A stretch of DNA of 64,000 nt from Leucoraja ocellata (lineage: Eukaryota), in contig JAWMAR010000007.1 in NCBI GenBank assembly GCA_036785375.1, positions 11,284,001 to 11,348,000 of the forward strand, given 5' to 3'. The number at the start of each line of letters is the position of its first letter. Positions within the stretch are counted from its first letter, which is position 1. Positions 27,646-39,230 of the stretch are shown piece by piece. A program made the position numbers and the translations under genes. The notes below the pieces were generated by a model. That model was not told the DNA's origin. It saw only the letters and a list, made by a program, of their open reading frames with translations, and searched no databases.

Positions 27646-30546
27646 AATAGTAAGATTAAACAAGAACTTACCAGTTCGAAGTTTGATCGTTATTTTATGA
27701 AAGAGTACGTTGAGGGAATATGTGAAGAACCCCGCCAGGACGCATGCGTGTCATTCTTCAAAGCAGCGGTGTGAAATCACAGATAACTGTAATGACTGAA
27801 CATAGTAAGATTAGAGAAGAAAATACCAGTTGAGTATATGATCAAGGGTGGGAGCGGAGGGCACATATTCCCTCAACGTACTCCTCATAAAATAACGATC
27901 AAACTTCGAACTGGTAAATTCTCATTTAATCTTACTATTTTACTTCAGAGTCACACGATGCCTCCTGTGCCTTTCATCTACCTCCACAGATGGAGATGGA
28001 AATTGGTAGTACCCCAACCAAGCGCACTGGCATCAGTTTGTAGCATCACTAAGGGTTTGCTGATAACGATAGGGTTGGAACAATGCCGAATGTTATCCCT
28101 CCACCATTTTAATTCCATAAGCTTTGATTGGTGGCTTATTGGTCTGTCGAAATGACCAGTATTAACATTGAGTGTTTGTATTTTGCCCTTTGTAGATTTT
28201 TGGTAATACAAAGGTCCAAATTGTGTGGCTGGAAAGGCAGACACTATATGCCAATTATACTTGCTACCAATCTGATAGACGGTTCACTGATGTCAGTGGG
28301 GTTGTTGCAGGCCTCAGTTAAGATTGTAGCCTTGTCCTTTGGTAAAGTCACCGACATGTGAGCAATCAATAGTGAACCCCAAATAATCCATTATGTTGGT
28401 AGGCGTTAGTTTAGATTTAACTGGATGGATGATAACCCCAGTTTTCACCCAATTGTATGGTGGCTGTTACAGCTGGTTAGGCCAACTCCAATGTTATGCC
28501 CACAATTAGTATGATCATATGATTATGTATTTGGTAGAGCTCTATACTGCCAGAGCTGTCCCATCCAGTTGAATTTTTTTAAATAACGTTTGTGATCAGT
28601 CCGTGTAGGCACTGAATAGTAAGCATCTTTTAGGTCGATGCTAGCCATGGAGTAGCCTTTGGAAATCAGTCCTTTAGCAGTTACCAGTTCCCATTTTGTA
28701 CTGAATATATAGTACAATGTATTCCAGCCAATCGTGTTGGGTTTACCCATTGCCCCTTTTGCACAATTCAATGGTGTATCCCTGGATACTGCTTAGGATA
28801 TAAGTGTCTGTAGTTAATATACACCATGTATCCAAAAGAGTGTAATCTCCCACCAATGTGTGTATTATCCACTCTTCCTATAATTTGTAAGGGACCAGAC
28901 CCACCTACATCCATTGTTACCAGTGGAAGTTTGCTTCTTCTGTGTGGTCTTCGTGGAGGTTGAGGCGCCGGTGTCTGGGTTTGCTTTTGGGCTGGGGGTT
29001 TGCGCATCTTCCAGGAAGGCCGGTCTGGGCTATGGTCTAAAAGACCGCTGTCCTGTATGCCCGGCCTTTGAGCTTTCACCAGCTTCTCTTGTTCTGCTGG
29101 TGGGTGCATAAGGGTGCTGTCTTTGGCTGTAAGAGATCCTTAATGTTGTCGCCTTTATGAGCCCCATGGCTTTCCTAAGTCCTGCTCCGACATGTTTCCC
29201 GATGCTATTTCCACGACTGGAACATTCAGGGATGCGCAGTTTCCTGGTCCCAAGTATGTTTGCAGTGGTGTCCATCGTGGTCTGGATATATGTATTTGGA
29301 CACCATGACCAGTAGATTTTGCCTTCCTGCACCCCCTGCACACTTGTAGTTTTGATCATCAAAACCCCTCTTCAGGGTCAGCCCAGAATTGGCCCCCCAG
29401 TACTCCCCTCTGACGAGGGAGATGCATTGTGCAGCCCTACAGGAGGTGCTGCTGTGGGTTTTACATAGTGCCCACAGTGACTAGACTCCATCTCCCGGAG
29501 CCTGTCATGTTGGAGCTCGGCTCCATAAGCCGCTCCAACCGGCTCCAGCGCTCACGGTCGCTGGCCGCCCAAAGTCGGACTCATCAGTTCTCGACTCTTT
29601 TGGTTTTCTTCTTGCCTTCCCGCCCAGACGCTGTGTTTAATCTGGCCGGTGCGAGGGCGAAGTCGGGCACAGCTGTTCCCTTACGGGTGATTCCTGTGCC
29701 GCCGGCCGCTGCTGGCGTCCGCAACTCCGCGGTCTTCCCCCACCAGCTCTGGTCGACTTGTTTGCCTTGTGCATGTTTCCCCCACCTGTAGAACAGTATG
29801 GGAACAATAAAGACCGCAGTATCACATACCTGCAGGTCCAGGCTTAAAACTTGCCGTTATGGGGGACCGTCCTTCCACCCCTCCTCCTGCCATTTTGACT
29901 TGTCAAAGCCAACGGCTCCGTTCTGTATAGTCTCCCGCCCAGCCATGGTGTTTAATCTGGCCGGTGCGGGAGCGAAGTCGGGCACAGCTGTTCCCTTACG
30001 GGTGCCGCCTGCCGTTGTTTGCACAGCTCTCCATGTTTCCCCACCTGTAGAACAATATGGGGAGAATAAAGACCGCAGTTTCACTTACCTGCAGGTCCTG
30101 GTTTAAACTGTCGCTACGGGAGAAACGTCGTTCCACCCCGCCTCCTGCCATTTCGACTTGTCAAAGTCGACGGCCCCATTCTGAATAGTCTCCCGCCTGG
30201 CCGTGGTGTTCTGGCCGGCGCGGGACCAACAGTCGGCACAGCTGATCCCACTTACGGGGCTTGTGCCTTCAGCTGCTGCTGGCTCCCACAACTTCGCGGT
30301 CCTCCCCAGCCAGCTTTACTCGCAGCACTTGTGGACACTATTTTGTCCAGCCTCCCCCCCTGTGTAAAACAGCGCGGGGACAAACACTACCGCAGAGTAA
30401 ATCACTTACCTGCAGGTCCCGGTTTCAAACTTACCGCTGCGGGGGAACGCTCCACTCCGCCTGTCGTTTCGCAAGCGTGAAAGCGATATGACACGCATGC
30501 GTCATGGCGGGGTTCTTCACGTAGTCACTCATGTGACTCTGAAGTT
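27646..30546 (-). mobile_element. DIRS1-type retrotransposon, degenerate, tyrosine recombinase region apparently deleted
   Basis: Minus-strand RT motif ASIDLKDAYYSVP...WQYRALP (28523-28771) and RNase H motif QTDASALGWG (27978-28244). ITRs at 27722-27753 and 30489-30520; ICR at 27862-27955 is complementary to 27646-27724 and 30532-30545. Confidence 0.88.
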
Positions 30547-30699
30547 AAATCTTTATTAACACTCGAGTAAGATAAACATGCATGCAAACTAATATCTTCT
30601 CATTTACTTTACTATTTCAACTTATCACTTCTCAAACTAAATCACAAAACTCATGACTTGGACTCAGATATTATCCGTATAAATGAATTGGCCAGATTG

Positions 30700-31215
30700 A
30701 CCCAATTTGAGGAAGGACATTCTTGCTATTGAGGGAGTGCAGCGTAGGTTTACAAGGTTAATTCCCGGGATGGCGGGACTGTCATATGCTGAGAGAATGG
30801 AGCAGCTGGGCTTGTACACTCTGGAGTTTAGAAGGATGAGAGGATACCTCATTGAAACATATAAGATTGTTAAGGGCTTGGACACGCTAGAGGCAGGAAA
30901 CATGTTCCAGATGTTGGGGCAATCCAGAACCAGGGGTCACAGATTAAGAATAAGGAGTAAGCCATTTAGAACGGAGACAAAGAAGCACTTTTTTCTCACA
31001 GAGAGTGGTGAGTCTGAGGAATTCTCTACCTCAAAGGGCGGTGGAGGCAGGTTCTCTGGATGCTTTCAGAGAGAGCTAGATAGGGCTCTTAAAAATAGTG
31101 GAGACTGGAGATATGGGGAGAAGGCAGGAACGGGGTACTGATTGGGGATGATCAGCCATGATCATATTGAATGGCGCTGCTGGCTCGAAGGGCCGAATGG
31201 CCTACTCCTGCACCT
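30700..31215 (+). mobile_element. CR1 LINE 3' fragment
   Basis: AIEGVQRRFTRLIPG...EFRRMRGYLIETYK and the conserved 3' UTR. Confidence 0.9.
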
Positions 31216-32047
31216 NNNNNNNNNNNNNNNNNNNNNNNNNNNNNNNNNNNNNNNNNNNNNNNNNNNNNNNNNNNNNNNNNNNNNNNNNNNNNNNNNNNNN
31301 NNNNNNNNNNNNNNNNNNNNNNNNNNNNNNNNNNNNNNNNNNNNNNNNNNNNNNNNNNNNNNNNNNNNNNNNNNNNNNNNNNNNNNNNNNNNNNNNNNNN
31401 NNNNNNNNNNNNNNNNNNNAATAAGCTACAAAATAAAACAAATCCTTATTGAAACCTTTGTGAATCAAGTTAGCCAAAATGTGCTTTCATGGGAACTAAT
31501 ATCATGGGAAACTAATCTTTCTAACCTGACCACGTACCTTCATCAATAATGCAATGTTTCAAACGTAGATTAACATATATAAAGTGATTATGTAAAGTAT
31601 TAGAAACTGCTGACAACAAAATATTTCAGTGAGCCCAACAATGCAAGTTGTCAGCTGCTACATGATATGTCAGACATCAGTTATCCACACTGAATGGTTG
31701 GACTAAGCATTAATCAAACAGAGGGCTGTAGCTGCACTTAATTAGGACATTACAAATTTGAGACATTGGAAAAACGTCAAAAGAGTCCAGGTAATGGGAT
31801 AAAAGTTAATGAAAAACCAATGAGGCACATTAAGAGTGGGTGCAAAACTGTCCTGAAGGAAGAAGGAGCGGATGAGTGGAGAGGGTGGCGACTGGAATGA
31901 AATAGTGAGGTAACTCAGAACCAGTCCAGAAATCCAGACAAGTGGCAGCTTGAGACGGAAGAGTGAACTTACCCGTGGAGGAAGTCAGCAGCGGCTTATG
32001 CTGTAGAACGATCAGGGAGAGACTCCATCCGACCAGAGTGAGCGGCA

Positions 32048-32230
32048 ATGAAGAATCTGCTGTCAGTCCTTCCAATGGGGATGCTGCTCGCTGCCCTTAC
32101 AGACTCCGCAGGGACCACAGCAATCAACCTTGATGAGCAATTCACCAAGCTGTGTGGCCGAGACTTTGTAACAAAAGTCGTCAACGTCTGCAGAGGAATC
32201 AACTGGAAGGATCTCCTTCCCGTCTAGATG
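32048..32230 (+). pseudogene. Relaxin/INSL-like gene 3, exon 1 (signal + B chain) with an apparent 1-nt deletion (pseudogene or assembly error)
   Basis: MKNLLSVLPMGMLLAALTDSAGTTAINLDEQFTKLCGRDFVTKVVNVCRGINWKDLLPV*. Colinear with gene 2 (Cys36 and Cys48 in both). TAG at 32225-32227 lies just before the donor G|GTGAGT at 32230/32231. The exon is 183 nt versus 184 nt in gene 2; adding one C to the CCC run at 32219-32221 restores ...LLPRLD and phase 1. Confidence 0.88.
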
Positions 32231-32364
32231 GTGAGTCACAAATCCACAAACCAGGCGTGGGAATAGATCATTTGTACTTTACTGTTCATTCAAAGGATGT
32301 GTGCTTTGCCAGCTGAGCCACAATTTAATTGCCCATGTCTGGTTGCCCTTGAGGAGGTGGTTAA

Positions 32365-32583
32365 AGGGGCATCATTTGCGCATCATTTACACAACATCAT
32401 TTACGCGTCACGATGCACAACTCACGCGTCGTGACACGCACGTGATGCATTACGCGCGCATGGTATGTGGTGATGTAGGCAGTGACGCGCGGTCGCGTGC
32501 GGTGCCCCAGGGTTTCGGGATTCGCAAAATCTTCGCGCGCCACCTGTGTAACGCGTAAATGACGCCCAAGTGAGACCGGCCCT
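32365..32583. mobile_element. Harbinger-like MITE, reverse-orientation relative of 34639-34875
   Basis: The body is the reverse complement of 34639-34875; right TIR cccaagtgagaccggccct. Confidence 0.7.
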
Positions 32584-34638
32584 TTAGTTTCAGTTTAGAG
32601 ATACAGTGTGGAAACAAACTCACCGCTTCCGCACGGACCTCGCACAATAACACTACCCTACACACACTGAGGACAATTTACACTCATACCAAGCCAATTA
32701 ACCTACAACCTGTACGTTTTTGGAGTGTGGGAGAAAACGGAAGATCTCGGAGAAAGCCCATGCAGGTCACGGGAGAACGTACAAACTCTGTACCGACACC
32801 ACCCGTAATCAGGATCGAACCTGGGTTTCCAGCGCTGCATTCGCTGTAAGGCAGCAACTCTACTTCCCCACTGCCACGATGTCTAAAGAACAAAATGAAC
32901 AGATAAAAATGACCAGACATAACTTTTTTTGAAGGATTAGTGGAGAATAGGATGAACTACAGACAATCTCATGCTAATGGAACATATCTACATAGATCAT
33001 AGGTGTAGGAAAGACACAAAAAGCTGGAGTAACTCAGCCGGTCAGACAGCATCTCTGGAGGAAAGGAGTATGTGAGGTTTTGGGTCAAGAACCTTCTTCA
33101 GAACAGTGCTAGAGTAACTCAACGGATCAGGATCTCTGGAGAACATGGATAGCGGATACTGAAGAAGGATCCAGACCCATAACGTCACCTATCCATATTA
33201 TCCAGAGTTGCTGCCTGACCTGCTGAGTTACTCCAGCACTTTGTGTCCTTTTTTATAAACCAGCATCTACAGACCCTTGTTTCTACTATGAGACAATGTG
33301 TCTGGTCAACAATACTTACCGTGAAATAGGGATGCGATGCTTCTCAGGTAATTGTGATCAACCAGTGTTGGAGGAGAACCGTGTGGAGATGAGGAGGAAT
33401 TTCTTTAGCCAGAGGGTGGAGAATCTGTGGAATTATTTGCCACAGAAGGCTGTGGTGGCCAAGTCAATTAATATTTTTAATGCAGTGTTAGATAGATTCT
33501 TTATTAGTACGGGTGTCGGGGTTATGGGGAGAAGGCAGTAGGATGGGGTTAGGAGGGAGAGATGGATCAACGATGATTGAATGGCAGAATAAACTTGATG
33601 GGCTGAATGGCCCAATTCTGCTCCTATCACTTATCACCTCATTACCTTATGTGAACTCTGTTAGTGCATTGGAGCAGACTGCAGTCTGGTTCGACACTGA
33701 GGACAGGAATGATGGGGGGGTCAAGCAGCATCTGTGAAGGCAAAGGGCATAGGATGAGACCTTGCACCAAATCCTGATGCTGGTCTCAAACTCAAACATC
33801 GACTTGCACTTTCTGCCTCCACGGGTGCCGCATGAATTCTTCTGGCAGTCTGTCATCTGTTTTGTTGACCGGAATTTTGTTGATTGGAGTTACGCTCTCT
33901 GAATAGACAGTGAAAGCATCAAGAGCCCGACTCAAGGCTGTTTGTCATGTGCACTTACAGGGGAACAATGAAAATTCTCACTTGCAGCACCAGAACTGAA
34001 CTGTAAACACAATACACGTAGATAATGTAATAAACAACATCTAATTAATCAATAATTCTAACAGTGGTGCAAAATTACCCAAAGTCCTGAGTGCAAGCAA
34101 AGGCACAGCCGAGGTTAATATTGAGTAGTGGTCAATAGACTGACGGTTGTTGGGATGAAACTTTTATTGAACATGGTGGCCACAGTTTACAGATTCCTAT
34201 CCATTCTTCCCTATTGTTAGTGCAAAATGAGAGCATGGTAAGGGCAATGTGGGTCTTTGATGATACTGGCTGCCTTTTTAAGTTAGCACCTCCTATAGAT
34301 CTCTTCAATGGTGGTGCCAATGCCCCTTCATTCCTGGGCGTCCGAGTGGCATGGTGGCGCAGCGATACCTTTCAGCGCCAGAGACTTGAATTCGATCCTG
34401 ACTGTGGGTGCTGTCTGTATGGAGTTTGTACGTTCTCTCTGAGACCATGTGGGTTTTCCCCGGGTGCACTGGTTTCCTCCCACATTCCAAAGACATACTG
34501 GTTTGTAGATTAATGGGCTTTGGTAAATTGGAAATGGCCTTAGTATGTGGGATAGTGCACAGGGTGATCGAGGAACTGCATGGACTCGGTGGGCAGAAGG
34601 GCACGTTTCCACGCCATGTCTCCAAAAATTTAGTCTAA

Positions 34639-34875
34639 AGGTCCTGTCCCACTTGGGCGTCATTTGCGCAGGTGGCGTGCAAAGATTTTGTGAATCCCCA
34701 AATCCTGGGGCGCCTCGCGCAACCGCGCGTCGCTGCCTACGTAACCATGCACTATGCGCGTGTAATGCACACCATGCGCGCGTAATCACATGCGTAATGC
34801 GTAATCACATGCGCGTCATGCGTAAATGATGTTACGTAAATGACACGCAAATGACACCCAAGTGGGACAGGCCCT
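34639..34875. mobile_element. Harbinger-like MITE with TAA TSD
   Basis: TAA|aggtcctgtcccacttggg ... cccaagtgggacaggccct|TAA. Confidence 0.8.
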
Positions 34876-35001
34876 TAAAGAGTTCCTGAACCAGGTTGCG
34901 ATGCAGCCTATCAGTACGTAGCTGAGACAAAGCGACAGAAAATAAAATTGGATGGCAATAATTTCCCAATGTTGACAGATCGGATTTTACTTTTGTTCCA
35001 G

Positions 35002-35327
35002 ATCCCTCTCAGTCCTCTGGAGATGATGCCCTTGTGAAAGACATGATGAAGATGCAGATGCTGCTTCCCGGTAATGGGACTCACGATCCTGACACGGACA
35101 ATGGAGAACAAGGATTACACCCAGACCTCAGCCAGAGTGAGGAGATGCCTGATGATGTCCATGGGCTTGTCACACAGACCCCTGGAGATCACGAGGCACT
35201 GCTGGGTCTGGAAGAACCATTTATCCATCGGAAACTGACCAAAAGGCAAATTTCAACCACCGATCGCTGCTGCAAAAGCAGTTGCACATTGAGGCAGATC
35301 CGCCGACTGTGTTTCCAGACAAAATGA
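35002..35327 (+). CDS. Relaxin/INSL-like gene 3, exon 2 (C-peptide + A chain)
   Basis: ttttgttccAG acceptor at 35000-35001, phase 1. DPSQSSGDDALVKDMM...IHRKLTKR-QISTTDRCCKSSCTLRQIRRLCFQTK*, with canonical CC-X3-C-X8-C after KR; AATAAA at 35778 and 35789. Confidence 0.9.
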
Positions 35328-38225
35328 TGCCAACTGGTCAGTGGAACTTTCTGTCAGCGCAGATGCAGAATCGTCCAGATTTGAAGACAGGTGGTTTTAG
35401 GAGTTCAGGTCCTACGTGGACCTGGAGTTGCCAACAGGGCACAGAGATCAGTGGACTCTGTGGGATTTTCCAATCATAACCCTTGGAAAATCCTAAATCG
35501 TCTGGTGACCTCCACTCTCTGATTCAAGCTCCTGCAATGACAGGGCCGATTTAGTCCAGCAACTACTAATTCAGCAAATATTACCAATGATTTATGCAGG
35601 AAAGTTCCAGTAAGCTCCCTGTCCCTGTCAGTAATCAGGAATCATCATCCACTGTGGTTATATAAATTATATTTTACAAATTGCCACTCTCTTAGTTGCA
35701 TTTTATTAAAGTCAAAATACTTTTGTTAAAAATCCACCTTTAAATGATATGATTTTTAACGTGAAACTGAGAGACTCAATAAAGTGTCAATAAAATAGAT
35801 TGTTAGCTATAATAATTTGCATTAATCAAGTACATTCAAAGTGCAGTAAACATCTCCCGCTGGTTTCAGACGTCAGACAGGACATGAAAACAAGCATTAC
35901 ATTGATTAAAAATGTATTTAAAAAGATGGGGCATACCTTAGACTGGATTCAATTTGAGGAGTGAGAGATTTACAAGAGGCCTTTTGGATTAGTTTAGCGA
36001 AATAGCGTGGAAACAAGCCCTTCAGCCCACTGAGTCCGTGCCGACCAGCGATCATCCATACACACTAGTTCCATCGAGGGTTGCCAACATTCTCACTCTC
36101 AAATAAGGGACAAAAGGTCAAAATAAGGGAAAATTCCCGACAGCAATTCGCTGACCAACTGGGTGAATGATGAGTTGATCCGGGTGCTGGACTGCACACA
36201 TAGCCCAGCCGGCGGCCCAGCTGAGGAGCTTTGGCCCACGCGATGTTGCACCCAATGTCCGGCACCCCATCCAACTCATGAACCAATGATAGGCCATGCG
36301 TAGGAGGGATGGTGGTGTCGGCGGTAAGCGAAGGTCCGCAGGTTGGACAGCTGGCCGGGCTGCCAACTGACGGGGTACTGGCGAGGCGCTGCTGCTGCAC
36401 TCCATGGGCTGCACTACGTCGGGACGGGTGAGGCTGGGCCGGACGCAGCGCTCCGACCCGACCGTCCCTCGACCCGAGTAGTAGCAGTCAAATACGGGAC
36501 GAGGGCGGTCCCATACGGGACAAACGGAGGTTCCAGATGTTTTTGTCAGTCTCCCTACCTGCTTCCACTACCTGCAACCTCCGGCAACCACCTGCAACCT
36601 CCGGGAACCGCACGGAAACCTTGGGTGGGGCGCAAAGTCTCCAGAGGTTTCCATTCAGGTTTCCTAAGTGGGACAGGGGCATTAGGCAGTAGCTCCACCG
36701 CTGCACCACCGTGTCGCCCGCATAGAAGGTTAGGTAAGTAGAATCAGTGTAGATTGGTACAATAGTCAGCATAGGTGCTGTGGGCTGAAGGGCCTGCAAC
36801 TGTGCTGTACGGCCTCGACGACACTCAGAAGGTTGTCAGAGGTATATTAGGAAATGGCGAGAAAATAGGGTTCAGAGACAGTAATCCAGAATGATGTATG
36901 TGGGCGACAGGAGAGGGGAAACATAAGGAAACTAAGACAGATGGAAATTGTCCTGATTGAGAGAAAGTGGGGGCTATAAGAAAATAGGAAGCCGTACAGA
37001 TAAGCAAAAGAAAGACGGATATGCAATATCTCTCTGAAGAAGGGTCTCGACCCAAAACATCACCTGTTCCTTCTCTCCAGAGATGTTGCCTGGGTTACTC
37101 CAGCATTTTGTGTCTATATGCATTATCCACATGGATTTGTGTTATATATATTTTTTTTAAACAGCCCATGTGCATTGCTGAGAAGTGATGAGTGTGTGAG
37201 AATTGGTCAGATAAAACATNNNNNNNNNNNNNNNNNNNNNNNNNNNNNNNNNNNNNNNNNNNNNNNNNNNNNNNNNNNNNNNNNNNNNNNNNNNNNNNNN
37301 NNNNNNNNNNNNNNNNNNNNNNNNNNNNNNNNNNNNNNNNNNNNNNNNNNNNNNNNNNNNNNNNNNNNNNNNNNNNNNNNNNNNNNNNNNNNNNNNNNNT
37401 GGAGGTATTCCGTGGGCGCTGGTCACCGCATGGGGTTGAGAGCATTGTGAATAATGATTGTAATGTTGTACTATAATGACACTTGATATAATGTAAATTC
37501 GTTTGTGTATGACTTGATCTGTTGTATTATTTGATGTGTTGAATAAAGTCTTTGAAAAAAAAAAAAAGTGGTGGGATCTGTATTTATTCAAATTAACGAT
37601 GTCTTTTCTCCTCTAACCTCCATAGGTTTTCACTATTCACACATTGTAAAATTTGCATCATGTTAATAATCAAGGTAAATGTTATCCTAACTTATCAAAC
37701 ATTGTGTTAAAAATTATTGAAAGAGTATTTTAGACCCATACACCAGCACTATCCTCCACACTAGGGACAATTTTTACAATTTTAACAAATCTAATTAACC
37801 ACAAGTATGTGCAGGAAGGAACTGCAGATGCTGGTTTAAATCGAAGATACACAAAATGCTGGAATAACTCAGCGAGACAGGCAGCATCTCTGGAGAGGAG
37901 GAATGGATGATGTTTAGGGTCGAGACCCTTCGTCAGACTGATGTTATTAGGAGAGAGGGAGATCCATAGATAAGAAATGTAGGGTGTAAAACAGGACAAA
38001 GGGAATGGAGATCAAGGAAAATTTANNNNNNNNNNNNNNNNNNNNNNNNNNNNNNNNNNNNNNNNNNNNNNNNNNNNNNNNNNNNNNNNNNNNNNNNNNN
38101 NNNNNNNNNNNNNNNNNNNNNNNNNNNNNNNNNNNNNNNNNNNNNNNNNNNNNNNNNNNNNNNNNNNNNNNNNNNNNNNNNNNNNNNNNNNNNNNNNNNN
38201 NNNNNNNNNNNNNNNNNNNNNNNNN

Positions 38226-39005
38226 TCTGGGGTCATACTTAAGAACGGATGTACTAGCCCTGGAGGCAGTGCAGCGAAGGTTTACAAGATTAATTCCTGC
38301 AATGAGGGGATTGACATATGAGGAAAGGTTAAGTAGGCTGGAACTCTACTCTTTGGAGTTAGAAGAATGAGAGGCGATCTCATTGAAACATATAAGATCG
38401 TGAGGGGCCTTGATCGGGTGGATGCACCGAGGATGTTCCCAATGATCGGGGAAACTAGAACTAGGGGACATAGTTGCAGAATAAGGGGGGCTCTTTTAAA
38501 ACTGAGATGAGGAAGAACTTCTTCACCCAGAGGGTGGTTAATTTATGGAATTCACTGCCCAGGGAGCAGTGGAAGCAGAAACTTTAAATATAATTTAAGA
38601 CTAAACTAGATGGTTTTTTAGCTGCCAAGGGGATAAGGGGCTACGGGGAGAGGGCAGGGATATGGACCTAGGTATGGTTAGTATAGTAAGACCTGAGTGA
38701 TCTCCTGGACAAGTGTCGATCGCCTGGATTGGGGTCGGAGAGGAATTTCCCGGATTTTTTTCCCGAATTGACCTGGGTTTTATCCGGTTTTTTGCCTCCC
38801 CCAGGAGATCACGAGGTTCTTGGGGTGGAGAGGGGTGATAGCGGTATAAAGGGGAGGGTAGTGTCTTGTGTTCTGTGTCTTGTGTCTACTGTTTGTGGGT
38901 AAGTGTGTCTGTTTAGTGTTCAGCCATGAGCGAATGGCGGTGCGGGCTCGACGGACCTGGTGGTCTACTCTCGCACCTACTTTCTATGTTCTATGTCTAT
39001 GTTCT
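38226..39005 (+). mobile_element. CR1 LINE 3' fragment
   Basis: ALEAVQRRFTRLIP...; tail ttctatgttctatg. Confidence 0.85.
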
Positions 39006-39039
39006 AAGGGGTAATTAGCGTGAGTGTGGGAGGGGGGGA

Positions 39040-39230
39040 TAGTTAGTGTGTGTGACACTGCGTGCCGCATCCCCCCTCCCCCCACAACCGCACGTTGGGG
39101 AACAGACCCAACGGGTCTGCACTTGGTCTAGTCTATATTACTAAATCTCTGTTCTTGACCGCATTTGGCCTCTGTGCTGCAATTTCCGAGAGAACACAAC
39201 CACCTACGGCCGTCATTTTTGGCCCCTCTC
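39040..39230 (+). mobile_element. Helitron 3' end joined to a Helitron-like 5' start
   Basis: Hairpin cagaccc-aac-gggtctg (39103-39119), CTAG at 39128-39131, immediately followed by TCTATATTACTAAA. Confidence 0.6.
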
